A program made the translations under genes and the position numbers. From the NCBI GenBank assembly GCA_963826715.1, contig CAWGYA010000008.1, positions 224,001 to 288,000 of the forward strand: a DNA stretch of 64,000 bases, given 5' to 3'. Numbering within the stretch: the first letter of the stretch is position 1; every line of letters starts with the position of its first letter. Under the pieces are notes generated by a model. That model was not told where the DNA came from, searched no databases, and saw only the letters and a list, made by a program, of their open reading frames with translations. Shown here in pieces: positions 20,255 to 30,693 of the stretch. The stretch comes from Candidatus Bathyarchaeota archaeon (GTDB lineage Archaea; Thermoproteota; Bathyarchaeia; Bathyarchaeales; Bathycorpusculaceae).

Positions 20255-20521
20255 ACCCCATTTAAATCACATTCATTTTCAAGGGGGCAAGCGGAGATAT
20301 AAGAATTATGGTACCCTACACTGTCAAAAAAGGCTTTAGCGAGTGATTCTTTTGTCCCAAGAAGTCTACTGGACCAACGTATATCTAAGAATATCCATAG
20401 TAGACAGAATAATCAGATAGGAGTTACTTTTTATAAATTAAATCGGGTTGGCATCGCGCAAAACTTAACTGCAACTAAATCCAGATAGTCCTCTGTTAGT
20501 ATTTGTATTGAGGTATTAGCT

Positions 20522-22150
20522 TTGAGAAGCGATCAAATCAAGTCTGGAATTGAGAAAGCACCTCATCGCGCTCTTTTAAAATCTTTGGGCTTAGAGGACG
20601 ATGATATTTCTAAGCCTCTTATAGGCGTTGCGAACAGCTACACAAACATTGTTCCGGGCCATATTCACTTGCGAATAATCGGTGAAGCAGTAAAAGAAGG
20701 CATCTTATCTGCTGGAGGCACACCATTCGAATTTAACACTATTGCGGTTTGCGATGGAATCGCTATGGGGCACCAGGGTATGCGTTATTCCCTTCCGTCA
20801 CGAGAAATTATTGCCGACAGCGTTGAAATTATGTTGCAAGCTCACAGCCTTGACGGTTTAGTTATGATATCTAATTGCGACAAAATCACACCTGGCATGC
20901 TGATGGCAGCTGCCCGTGTTGACATTCCAGCCATTATGGTTACAGGAGGACCTATGGCAGCAGGTATACACCACAACAGAAAAATAAGCTACTCAGCAAT
21001 GCCCGAAGCACTTGGGCAATTTACCGCAGGAAAAATGTCGGAAGGTGAGGTTTTGGAGTTGGAAGCGGAAGCGTGCCCAGGATGTGGCAGCTGTAGCGGC
21101 ATGTTTACAGCTAATACCATGGCATGCATGACCGAAGCACTCGGATTATCGTTGCCTTACTGTGCTACTTCGCTGGCAAATAGCGCCTTCAAACTCAGAA
21201 TGGCAAGAGCAACTGGCAAACAAATTATAAAACTTGTCAAGGATGACCTCAAACCTTCACAAATCCTAACTCATGAAGCCTTTGAAAATGCAATCGCTCT
21301 CGACATGGCACTTGGTGGCTCCACCAACACTACCCTGCACTTACCAGCTATCGCTAAAGAAGCAGGCATCAAATTACCGCTATTGGCTTTTGACGAAATC
21401 GGTAGAAAAGTCCCACATCTCTGCAGCATGATCCCAAGTGGCATATACGCTCTTGAGGATTTGGATACGGCAGGTGGAGTACCAGCAGTTCTAAACGAAA
21501 TTCGGTCACTTCTTCATCTCAAAGTGTCTACTGTCACAGGCAAATCTATCGATGAAAATATTAAAAACGCCAAAGTTCGCGACCGAAATGTAATCCATTC
21601 ATTATCTGACCCAGTGCATAAAGAAGGGGGCATTGCAATTTTGACAGGGAACCTAGCCCCGAAGGGGTCAGTTATTAAAACCGCAGGCGTTTCAGAGAAA
21701 ATGCAAAAGCACATCGGTCCAGCAAGAGTTTACGATTCAGAATCCGAAGCCTTAACAGCGATTCGCTGTGGAAAAATCAAACCGGGTGATGTTGTAATTA
21801 TCCGTTATGAAGGTCCACGTGGAGGACCCGGAATGCCTGAAATGCTGTTTCCGACAGCAACAATTGCAGGCATGGGCTTAGCCGATAGCGTTGCACTCGT
21901 AACGGATGGACGTTTTTCTGGCGCTACAAGAGGCGGCAGCATAGGGCATGTTGCTCCCGAAGCCTTCGAAGGTGGACCAATCGCTGTGCTCAAGGACGGT
22001 GACACCATAATTATCGACATCCCTAACCGCCTCCTGAGGGTGGAACTTACAGACGCTGAGTTGCAGTCACGACTTAACACTTGGAAGCCACGTGAGCCAA
22101 AAATCAAAAAAGGCATCCTTTCTCGGTATATACCAACTTCGATTGAATAA
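20522..22150 (+). CDS. ilvD: dihydroxy-acid dehydratase
   Basis: VCDGIAMGH, CDKITPG, CSGMFTANTM, GGSTN, TDGRFSG. Confidence 0.97.
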   Translation: MRSDQIKSGIEKAPHRALLKSLGLEDDDISKPLIGVANSYTNIVPGHIHLRIIGEAVKEGILSAGGTPFEFNTIAVCDGIAMGHQGMRYSLPSREIIADSVEIMLQAHSLDGLVMISNCDKITPGMLMAAARVDIPAIMVTGGPMAAGIHHNRKISYSAMPEALGQFTAGKMSEGEVLELEAEACPGCGSCSGMFTANTMACMTEALGLSLPYCATSLANSAFKLRMARATGKQIIKLVKDDLKPSQILTHEAFENAIALDMALGGSTNTTLHLPAIAKEAGIKLPLLAFDEIGRKVPHLCSMIPSGIYALEDLDTAGGVPAVLNEIRSLLHLKVSTVTGKSIDENIKNAKVRDRNVIHSLSDPVHKEGGIAILTGNLAPKGSVIKTAGVSEKMQKHIGPARVYDSESEALTAIRCGKIKPGDVVIIRYEGPRGGPGMPEMLFPTATIAGMGLADSVALVTDGRFSGATRGGSIGHVAPEAFEGGPIAVLKDGDTIIIDIPNRLLRVELTDAELQSRLNTWKPREPKIKKGILSRYIPTSIE

Positions 22151-22727
22151 TACAAAAATGTTAGCTAAGAGATCTATTGGCTCAACTAAAAAATTATTTG
22201 GCTATACCTTCTACAGATACTTTGAACGGATTCATGGACTGCACAGTATCAATATGATTCAACTGGCAGACCGGATAAGCAAAAAATCTTAGTTACGATT
22301 TTTTTCTCAATTGTTTATTTATATTTGCAACGCACTTCTCGAGGTATGGCGCTTAAGCTTTTTCGTTTCAGCGCCTCTGCAAAAGTTTCTGCCGATTTAT
22401 CGCAAATTTGATAATATGAACTTACGATAGCACAAAAGAAATCACATGAAAATGGCACCCAACTCTCGATGGGGTTGTTACGCTTTTAACTTGGTCTGCC
22501 AACATTTAGATGGGGTCACCACAATCTTTTTATGGGAACATAACTTACGTTCAAGATACGTGGAGTTTAAAAGAGGTTTGAAAATGAGGGATCGTCACCT
22601 CAATAGCTGGGATCGTCGGGTACAAATTCTCTAAATCACCCAGGTTACCCTCTAAAACAACTACAATATTTTCAGCTCAATTTTTTTGTTCAGACGAGAG
22701 TATATTCCATAAAAAATACAGGAGACC

Positions 22728-24443
22728 ATGTTGAACATGACAAAAATGAACGGTGCACAGGCACTTCTAGAATCCCTTGAACGACAAAAAGTTGACACCA
22801 TATTCGGTATCTTAGGCGGAGCTATCCTTCCCGTATACGACGAACTATGCAGCCACAAAAAAATCCGCCACATACTTGCACGGCATGAACAATGCGCCGC
22901 ACATGAAGCCGAAGGTTACGCTAAAGCCAGCGGCCGAGTAGGCGTTTGTATGGCAACCAGCGGACCAGGAGCCACTAATCTCGTAACAGGAATTGCCAAC
23001 GCCTACATGGATTCCTCCCCAATCGTTGCGTTAACAGGTCAAGTGCCATCCAGCGGCGTCAACACTAGTTACATGATTGGCAAAGACGCCTTCCAAGAAG
23101 CAGACATCATAGGCATAGTTACGGCAGTCACCAAATATAGCTACCAACCCAGAAGCATAGCTGAAATTCCCGAGATGGTGAATAACGCCTTCTACTTGGC
23201 AAACACTGGAAGACCAGGACCAGTCCTAATAGACTTACCAAAGAACATACAGGCAGACTTCGCGGATATAGAACTCACCAACAAAATCAGTCTAAGAGGT
23301 TACAAACTAATCACTGAACCCAAACCCTCAAAAATTAACCAAGCCGCCGATTTGCTGGCGAAAGCAGAGCGCCCAATCATACTAGCCGGCGGCGGAGTTA
23401 TTTCTTCAGGTGCATCAGACGAAATCGTTGCAATGTCGGATTTGCTGATGGCTCCAGTCGCCACCACTTTCATGGGCAAGGGAGCATTCCCCGAAACTCA
23501 CCCTCTATCTCTGGGAAGCATCGGCATGCACGGCAACCCCGCAGCCAACAGGCTAATCGGTGAAGCAGATGTGCTACTGGCAGTGGGCACCCGTTTCTCG
23601 GATCGAGCAACTGCTAATCTAGATACCTTCGCCCAAAACGCAAAAAAAATCCACGTAGAAATCGACAACGCAGAAATCAACAAAAACATAGAGGTCGACG
23701 TTCCAATAGTTGCAGATGCTAAGAGAGCCATGACTATACTGCTGCAAGCAACATCGGAGAAACTCAAGAAAGGAGAGGGGAAAGCATGGACAAAACATGT
23801 TAAGGAAGCAAAAGATCAATTGAGCCCGTTGCTAAGAGAACGCCCTCGCGACATTGTTCCAAAGCATCTACTCAAGGTATTGCGTGAGTTGCTTCCTGAA
23901 AGTGGCATAATAACCACCGAAGTGGGCCAAAACCAAATGTGGTCAGCACTGTATTTCCAAGCAATAAAGCCACGGACCTTCATCAGCTCTGGTGGGCTTG
24001 GAACGATGGGCTTCGGTTTCCCAGCAGCCATTGGAGCCAAAGCCGCATGTCCCAATCGTCAAGTTGTAGACGTTGCAGGCGACGGCAGCTTTATCATGTC
24101 TGAACAAGAGCTAGCATGCAGTGTTACTGAAAACATACCCGTCATTGTAATCGTACTAAACAACAGCGTTTTGGGTATGGTAGCACAATGGCAACGTACA
24201 CTCTACAATCGTAGATACAACGCGGTCAATCTAGGCAAGTCTCCTGACATGGTTAAGTTGGCAGAAGCTTATGGAGCACAAGGATTCCGCATAAATAGCA
24301 TAGAGGAATTCCAAAAAGCAGTTAAGACAGCGCTATCTAGTAATGTTACAACAGTGATCGATGTGCCCATCGGCTCGGAAACGGACGTTGTACCTTTCGT
24401 GCCGCCGGGCTGCGGTTTACCACAACAGAGAGGGGACTACTAA
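22728..24443 (+). CDS. ilvB: acetolactate synthase large subunit
   Basis: RHEQ, TSGPGATN, SSGGLGTMGFG, GDGSF..NN ThDP motif. Confidence 0.97.
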   Translation: MLNMTKMNGAQALLESLERQKVDTIFGILGGAILPVYDELCSHKKIRHILARHEQCAAHEAEGYAKASGRVGVCMATSGPGATNLVTGIANAYMDSSPIVALTGQVPSSGVNTSYMIGKDAFQEADIIGIVTAVTKYSYQPRSIAEIPEMVNNAFYLANTGRPGPVLIDLPKNIQADFADIELTNKISLRGYKLITEPKPSKINQAADLLAKAERPIILAGGGVISSGASDEIVAMSDLLMAPVATTFMGKGAFPETHPLSLGSIGMHGNPAANRLIGEADVLLAVGTRFSDRATANLDTFAQNAKKIHVEIDNAEINKNIEVDVPIVADAKRAMTILLQATSEKLKKGEGKAWTKHVKEAKDQLSPLLRERPRDIVPKHLLKVLRELLPESGIITTEVGQNQMWSALYFQAIKPRTFISSGGLGTMGFGFPAAIGAKAACPNRQVVDVAGDGSFIMSEQELACSVTENIPVIVIVLNNSVLGMVAQWQRTLYNRRYNAVNLGKSPDMVKLAEAYGAQGFRINSIEEFQKAVKTALSSNVTTVIDVPIGSETDVVPFVPPGCGLPQQRGDY

Positions 24444-24444
24444 T

Positions 24445-24957
24445 ATGGAAACTGGAAAAACCAAAGTCATATCTGTGCTAGTCGAAAACAAACCAGGTGT
24501 CTTACACATGATTTCTAACCTGTTTAGGCGCCGAAATTTTAACATAGAGTCCATCACTGTAGGACCTACAGAACAAGCTGAAATAGCGCGTATGACAATA
24601 ACCGTTAACGAAGACGAAAAAACTGTTGACCAAGTCATTAAACAAGTTGCCAAACAAATCGACGTTCTCAAGGTGGGTGAACTAGAGCAAGGCAACTTCG
24701 TCATGCGGGAACTCTCTTTAGTTAAAGTAGCAGTGAAAGATGCTAAAGAACGCAGTGACATCATTAACTTCGTGGAAGTCTTCCGCGGTCGAATTATTGA
24801 TCTTTCCTTTGACAGTTTAACGGTAGAAATTACGGGAGCCCCCGACAAAATCGATGCATTCCTTAACCTAATGAAAACCTTTGGAATTATTGAGCTTGCA
24901 CGCACCGGTATAACTGCACTGGCACGAGGTGCCAAATCGATAAGAATCGACGAATAA
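24445..24957 (+). CDS. ilvH: acetolactate synthase regulatory subunit
   Basis: VENKPGVL, FRRRNFNIESITV, ARTGITAL; start at ATG 24445. Confidence 0.96.
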   Translation: METGKTKVISVLVENKPGVLHMISNLFRRRNFNIESITVGPTEQAEIARMTITVNEDEKTVDQVIKQVAKQIDVLKVGELEQGNFVMRELSLVKVAVKDAKERSDIINFVEVFRGRIIDLSFDSLTVEITGAPDKIDAFLNLMKTFGIIELARTGITALARGAKSIRIDE

Positions 24958-25054
24958 ACAGCTCTTCCATAGCGGAAATGCTTAATTGTCTGTTCTTTAG
25001 AAATTGGAAATGTCCCATCTCTGATTAGATTAATTCAAGGATAAGCGAAAAAAA

Positions 25055-26317
25055 ATGAACATAACAGAGAAAATCTTAGCCAAAGCCGCAACCAAAAAAG
25101 TTGTGCATCCAGGCGAAATCGTCGACTGCAACGTCGATATGGTAATGGTGCACGATTTAACTGGTCCCTTAGCGGTAGAGGCATTCAAAAAAATAGGTGT
25201 CCCAAAGGTTTGGGATAACGAAAAAGTAGTTGTAATTCTAGATCACCAGGTACCGGCGGAGTCTGTAAAAGCTGCAGAGCTCCATAAAACCATGCGCAAT
25301 TTTGCCAAAGATCAAAACCTCACCTTCTACGACGTTGGTAGAGGTGGCATTTGCCACCAGGTTATGCCTGAAAAAGGACACGTAACTCCAGGGAACGTTA
25401 TCGTTGGTGCAGACAGTCATACTTGCTCCTATGGAGCATTTGGAGCGTTTGCAACAGGTATCGGTTCAACTGAGGCAGCTGCGGTTTTTGCAACAGGTAA
25501 GATCTGGTTCAAAGTGCCTTCGTCAATAAAAGTCAATGTGCAAGGGCAATTCAAAAAATTCGTTACCCCTAAAGACCTAATCCTAAATATCATCGGCACG
25601 TTAGGCGTAGATGGTGCCATATACCGAGCCGTTGAATTCACAGGATCAACTATTGAAGCTATGAGCATGGCAGGCAGAATGACATTATGTAACATGTCGG
25701 TTGAGATGGGTGCTAAAAACGGAATCATCGCCCCCGACTCAGTCACCGAAGAATTCTTAGCGGGCAGAATCAAAAACATGCCAGATTTCAAAGCTTTACA
25801 GAGTGACGAGGATTCAGAGTATGAGCGCACCATAGAATTTGAGGTATCCGAGATGGAACCACAAATAGCTTGTCCGAATTCAGTGGACAACGTTAAGCCC
25901 GTCTCTGAAGTGGGAGATATCCCTGTTGATCAGGTCTTCATCGGTTCCTGCACGAATGGGAGATTGGAAGACCTACGTTTAGCCGCGCAGGTACTTAAAG
26001 GCAGAAAAGTCAAAGATGGGGTCCGTGCATTGGTCATCCCCGCCTCACAGGAAGTCTGGAAACAAGCTAACAAAGAAGGGGTACTGCAGATTTTCACCGA
26101 TGCAGGCGCAATTGTCTGCGGATCGGCCTGCGGACCCTGCTTAGGCGGTCACATAGGGTTGCTAGCAGCGGGCGAATCTTGTGTGTCTACGTCAAACCGC
26201 AACTTCATTGGACGAATGGGCAGTACCCAAGCCAGCGTCTACTTGGCCTCACCTGCAACAGTTGCTGCATCTGCAATCACTGGCAAAATCAGTAGTCCTC
26301 AGGAGGTTAAAACATAA
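25055..26317 (+). CDS. leuC: isopropylmalate/citramalate isomerase large subunit
   Basis: GADSHT, FIGSCTNGR, CGPCLG, STSNRNF. Confidence 0.95.
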   Translation: MNITEKILAKAATKKVVHPGEIVDCNVDMVMVHDLTGPLAVEAFKKIGVPKVWDNEKVVVILDHQVPAESVKAAELHKTMRNFAKDQNLTFYDVGRGGICHQVMPEKGHVTPGNVIVGADSHTCSYGAFGAFATGIGSTEAAAVFATGKIWFKVPSSIKVNVQGQFKKFVTPKDLILNIIGTLGVDGAIYRAVEFTGSTIEAMSMAGRMTLCNMSVEMGAKNGIIAPDSVTEEFLAGRIKNMPDFKALQSDEDSEYERTIEFEVSEMEPQIACPNSVDNVKPVSEVGDIPVDQVFIGSCTNGRLEDLRLAAQVLKGRKVKDGVRALVIPASQEVWKQANKEGVLQIFTDAGAIVCGSACGPCLGGHIGLLAAGESCVSTSNRNFIGRMGSTQASVYLASPATVAASAITGKISSPQEVKT

Positions 26318-26820
26318 TGGATAGCAATATTCAAGCAAAAGCTGTAGTATTCGGTAACAACATTGACACAGACGTCATTTTACCTGGCAAGTACCTAATC
26401 CTAGTTGATCCCTACGACTTAGCTAAGCATGCGCTAGAGGGATTAGATACTGACTTCGTAAACAAGGCTAAGGCTGGCGTCATCTTAGTCGGGGGCAAAA
26501 ACTTTGGTTGTGGCTCTAGCCGTGAACAGGCACCCTTGGCACTGAAATACTCAGGAGTGAAATGTGTAATCGCGGAATCTTTCGCTCGAATATTCTTCCG
26601 CAATGCAATCAACATTGGTTTACCTGTAATTGAATGCAAAGGCATATCAAGCGCGGTAAAGAATGGCGACGCATTAGTCATCGACTTTGAAGCCGGTAAA
26701 ATAGAAAACACATCAAATGGCAAAAAGTTTCAAGTCGAAAAACTACCACCCTTCATCCTAAAAATCTTGGCGGATGGTGGATTAATCGAGAATTTAAAAC
26801 GGAGAATGAACAAGAAATGA
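26317..26820 (+). CDS. leuD: isopropylmalate isomerase small subunit
   Basis: NIDTDVI, NFGCGSSREQA, SFARIFFRN. Confidence 0.95.
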   Translation: MDSNIQAKAVVFGNNIDTDVILPGKYLILVDPYDLAKHALEGLDTDFVNKAKAGVILVGGKNFGCGSSREQAPLALKYSGVKCVIAESFARIFFRNAINIGLPVIECKGISSAVKNGDALVIDFEAGKIENTSNGKKFQVEKLPPFILKILADGGLIENLKRRMNKK

Positions 26821-27851
26821 CGGAATACAAAATATCCTTAATTCCAGGCGATGGCATCGGACCAGAACTCTCCGAAGCAACGTTGAAAGTTCTAAATGCG
26901 ACTGAAAAAAAATTCGGGTTAAAATTCAAAATAATTGAAGCTCCAGCGGGCGACATCGCTCTTGAAACACTCGGAGCCGCCCTACCCGCAGACACAGTAG
27001 AGAAAGTCAAGGAATCCCACGCTTGCCTTAAGGGGCCCGTTGGTGAATCCGCAGCTGATGTCATCGTTAAACTCCGGTATATGTTCGACCTGTACGCGAA
27101 CCTTCGCCCAATAAAGACTTATCCCGGCGTTGAAGCAGCACGCCAAAACATCGACATGTACTTTGTCAGAGAAAACACTGAAGATGTCTACAAAGGCTTA
27201 GAATTCACTCTAGGTAACGATACCACAATATGCTTACGTGTTATCACACGTCAAAACTGCACGCGTATCGCACATAAAGCATTCCAAGTGGCACGCCTAA
27301 GGAACGGCAAAAAGAAAGTCACTGCTATTCACAAAGCAAATGTAATGCGTATTACTGACGGATTGTTCCGAGATGTATGCCGTGAAGTCTCAAAAGGCTA
27401 CCCAGACATCACATTCAATGAACTCTACGTTGACGCGGCATCCATGCGCCTGATCAAAGAACCGGAATCCTTTGACGTTTTCTGCACCTGTAACATGTTC
27501 GGTGACATCCTTAGTGATGAAGCTGCACAACTAGTCGGCGGCTTAGGTATGGCGCCAGGAGCAAATGTAGGGGATAACTTCGGCTTATTCGAACCTATCC
27601 ACGGTAGTGCACCTAATCGAACAGGCAAACATACCGCCAATCCATTGTCCATGGTGTTATCTGCTAAGCTGATGCTGGAATGGCTAGGCGAAAAATATAA
27701 CGACCAAAAATGCCTTAAAGCAGCAGTAGCCATAGAGAAGGGTGTAGTCTACGTACTGGAAAACCATCAGGGTGTTCCAGACTTAGGCGGAAAAACCACG
27801 ACCGTGGGAATGGCTGAGGCAATTGCTGCAGCCATGCCTTCGGCTAAATAG
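26817..27851 (+). CDS. leuB: 3-isopropylmalate dehydrogenase
   Basis: GDGIGPE, RENTE, NMFGDILSD, EPIHGSAP; leu operon context. Confidence 0.9.
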   Translation: MTEYKISLIPGDGIGPELSEATLKVLNATEKKFGLKFKIIEAPAGDIALETLGAALPADTVEKVKESHACLKGPVGESAADVIVKLRYMFDLYANLRPIKTYPGVEAARQNIDMYFVRENTEDVYKGLEFTLGNDTTICLRVITRQNCTRIAHKAFQVARLRNGKKKVTAIHKANVMRITDGLFRDVCREVSKGYPDITFNELYVDAASMRLIKEPESFDVFCTCNMFGDILSDEAAQLVGGLGMAPGANVGDNFGLFEPIHGSAPNRTGKHTANPLSMVLSAKLMLEWLGEKYNDQKCLKAAVAIEKGVVYVLENHQGVPDLGGKTTTVGMAEAIAAAMPSAK

Positions 27852-27861
27852 TCGTGTCAAT

Positions 27862-29376
27862 ATGACTGAAACAAGAACCATCCGTATATTAGATACAACT
27901 TTAAGAGACGGGGAACAGACCCCGGGTGTTTCTTTAACCGCTGAAGACAAAATCGAGATTGCTCGCCAACTAAGCAAACTAGGCGTCGACATTATCGAAG
28001 CAGGTTTTCCAAGCTCCTCAGAGGGCGAACGCAAAGTTGTCAAAGAAATTGTTAAAGCAGGTTTAACATCACAAATATGCGCTTTATCTCGTTGCACACG
28101 CAAAGATATCGACGCCGCACTGGAATGTAATGTCGATTTGGTTCACGTTTTCATCCCCACTTCACCAGTGCAAATGAAACACGCCGTCAACATGACTCCC
28201 GAACAGGTCTTGACATCAGCTGTTGAATCCATCGAATATGTCAAGGCGCACGGCGTAAAATGCGAATTCTCACCTATGGACGCTACTCGCACAGAATTGC
28301 AGTTCCTAAAAGAAATCTGCAGAGCCGCACAGAAAGCAGGTATGGACAGCTTAAACGTGCCAGATACTGTCGGGATTATGATACCTAAAACTATGGCTGA
28401 ACTTATTACTGAAATAAAAACCGCTGTAGCTGTTCCAATAAGCATTCACTGTCACAACGATTTTGGTTTAGCAGTCGCCAACAGTTTAGCGGCAGTTGAA
28501 GCAGGCGCCTCTCAAGTTCATACCGCAGTAAACGGATTAGGTGAACGGGCAGGCAATGCAGCGCTCGAAGAAATCGTAACCACGTTACATGTGGTTTATA
28601 ATTATAAAACAAACGTAAACACCCGCTTGCTTTACAGCACTAGCCGCATGGTTGCTTCGCTCACTGGAATAAACGTGCAGGTCAACAAAGCCATAGTTGG
28701 CGAAAACGCCTTTGCTCACGAATCAGGTATCCACACCCGCGGAGTAACCGAGCAGCCCTTGACTTTTGAGCCTATTAGCCCTGAACTTGTTGGCAGAACT
28801 CGTAAACTAGTAGCAGGTAAACTTGCTGGTACTCGCGGCATCAAAGCAGAACTCGAAGAAATCGATATCCATCCCAACGAAGAACAACTAAACGAAATCG
28901 TCAAACGTGTTAAAGATTTAGGCGATAAAGGCAAAATGGTCACCGATGCTGACCTCATAGCGTTGACCTCTGCAGTTATGGGTGAAGTAGTTGGGGAACA
29001 GAAAATTGTTGACCTCTGTGACATGGCTGTAATAACGGGTATTAAAGTCATCCCAACCGCGTCAGTGCGCCTAACACTGGATGGAAAAGAATACGTTGCC
29101 GCCGAAACTGGCGTAGGACCAGTTGATGCAGTACTAAAAGCCATCCAGAAATTAACCAGTAACCTTGAGAAAATTCGTCTCAGTGAATATAGGTTAGAAG
29201 CTATAACAGGTGGTTCTAATGCGGTGGCAGAAGTTGTTATCAAAGTTGAAGATGAAAATGGTAACATTGTCTCTGCGAGAGCTGCCCGAGAAGACATCGT
29301 TATGGCATCTGTTGAAGCAATGATAAACGGTATAAACAAGTGTTTGCTAAAGAATCGCCAGGGCAAAAAATTATGA
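27862..29376 (+). CDS. leuA: 2-isopropylmalate synthase
   Basis: DTTLRDGEQ, NVPDTVG, HCHND, GLGERAGN, regulatory GVGPVDA; start at ATG 27862. Confidence 0.85.
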   Translation: MTETRTIRILDTTLRDGEQTPGVSLTAEDKIEIARQLSKLGVDIIEAGFPSSSEGERKVVKEIVKAGLTSQICALSRCTRKDIDAALECNVDLVHVFIPTSPVQMKHAVNMTPEQVLTSAVESIEYVKAHGVKCEFSPMDATRTELQFLKEICRAAQKAGMDSLNVPDTVGIMIPKTMAELITEIKTAVAVPISIHCHNDFGLAVANSLAAVEAGASQVHTAVNGLGERAGNAALEEIVTTLHVVYNYKTNVNTRLLYSTSRMVASLTGINVQVNKAIVGENAFAHESGIHTRGVTEQPLTFEPISPELVGRTRKLVAGKLAGTRGIKAELEEIDIHPNEEQLNEIVKRVKDLGDKGKMVTDADLIALTSAVMGEVVGEQKIVDLCDMAVITGIKVIPTASVRLTLDGKEYVAAETGVGPVDAVLKAIQKLTSNLEKIRLSEYRLEAITGGSNAVAEVVIKVEDENGNIVSARAAREDIVMASVEAMINGINKCLLKNRQGKKL

Positions 29377-30185
29377 AGGTAACATACCAGGGCGAATCAG
29401 GAGCCTATAGTGAAATGGCTGTTTACAAGTTCTTCGGAAGCAAAGCGGAGCCAGTGCCCTGCAAGGACTTCCGTGGAGTATTTGAATCTGTGAAAACAAG
29501 TATAGCGCCCCATGGGGTGGTTCCAATCGAAAACTCGATTGAAGGCAGTGTCAACCAAAACTATGACCTTTTTCTGGCATATGATCTAAAGGTCTGCGGG
29601 GAAGTTGCAGTGAAACTCACTCATGTTCTAATCGGCAATTCAGATACTAAATTTACTGACATAAAAACTGTTTATTCACATCCACAGGCGTTAGCTCAGT
29701 GTCGCGGATACCTTGAAAAGCACAGCTGGGAAGTCATCCCAGCCTACGATACCGCTGGAGCCGTTAAAATTATCAAGGAACAGTGCATAACTGATGCCGC
29801 TGCAATTGCAAGCGAAAAAGCAGCCGAAATCTACAGCATGAAAATTCTCGCCCGTGATATCGCTGACAATCCCTCTAACTACACCCGCTTCCTAGTTCTC
29901 GGTCTAGAAGACTCCGCCCCCACAGGAGATGACAAAACCAGCATCATATTCTCAGCCAAGCATGAACCTGGAACACTCTACCATGCACTCGGAGAATTCG
30001 CTTCACGCAACATCAACCTTACTAAAATTGAGTCTCGCCCCACCAAAACTACCGCATGGCAATACAACTTCTTCCTTGACTTCGAAGGTCACAGAATAGA
30101 AAAACGTTGTATTGATGCAATAGCGGCACTTGAAAAATACGCGACATTCGTTAAGATTCTGGGCTCTTACCCAAGAGTAATATAA
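29373..30185 (+). CDS. pheA: prephenate dehydratase (PDT-ACT)
   Basis: GAYSE, PIENSIEGSV, SHPQALAQC, NYTRF, NLTKIESRP; ATG overlaps leuA stop. Confidence 0.96.
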   Translation: MKVTYQGESGAYSEMAVYKFFGSKAEPVPCKDFRGVFESVKTSIAPHGVVPIENSIEGSVNQNYDLFLAYDLKVCGEVAVKLTHVLIGNSDTKFTDIKTVYSHPQALAQCRGYLEKHSWEVIPAYDTAGAVKIIKEQCITDAAAIASEKAAEIYSMKILARDIADNPSNYTRFLVLGLEDSAPTGDDKTSIIFSAKHEPGTLYHALGEFASRNINLTKIESRPTKTTAWQYNFFLDFEGHRIEKRCIDAIAALEKYATFVKILGSYPRVI

Positions 30186-30225
30186 TTAACCAATAATTGA
30201 AACCTACTGCCTGATTACTTATCGA

Positions 30226-30693
30226 TTATTCTGTTAAATGTTTGATTTTGTCATAGATGTCCGCGGGCTTGATCGGTTCGCCGCAATGTTTGCAGATTAG
30301 AAGTTTGCCTTTAGTTGGGATATCCAACATGCCGCCACATTTTGGGCAGGCAAACGCCTCTGCCACGATACCCGCCTCATCAAGGAAGTTACGTAACGAT
30401 ATAAAATCTGTTAGGGTAGTCCTGAGGTCTGTTGAGGCTGTTATTTCTTCCTCTTCAGATAGCTCTTCTTCACCTTCTGATTCAAAAGCACTAGAAAAAA
30501 GAGCGTGTGCACAAGTTGTGCATAGCTTCTTTCCAGCATACTCCGGAAAATCCCTACGCCTACCCCATTTTGAGGAACCAATCACGTACCAGCGAATATA
30601 ACCTTGCGTTAGTTGCTTATTCCAAAACACCATCTTCCGCTCGTGCCACTCGAGTCCTTTACCGCATTGAGCACAGGTTTCAGTTTGAGTCAT
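30226..30693 (-). CDS. multi-CxxC zinc-ribbon protein, unknown function
   Basis: CAQC, CTTC, CPKC, CKHC with an acidic linker. Confidence 0.7.
   Translation of the reverse strand: MTQTETCAQCGKGLEWHERKMVFWNKQLTQGYIRWYVIGSSKWGRRRDFPEYAGKKLCTTCAHALFSSAFESEGEEELSEEEEITASTDLRTTLTDFISLRNFLDEAGIVAEAFACPKCGGMLDIPTKGKLLICKHCGEPIKPADIYDKIKHLTE

Noticed and set aside
25008-25018. AAATGTCCCAT upstream of leuC, matching the att repeat core
   Set aside because: Only 11 bp; a match of this size to some part of a 40-bp query is plausible by chance in 64 kb, and the flanks diverge
24958-25054. Short ORF MLNCLFFRNWKCPISD before leuC as a possible Leu leader
   Set aside because: No Leu enrichment and no associated structure or U tract
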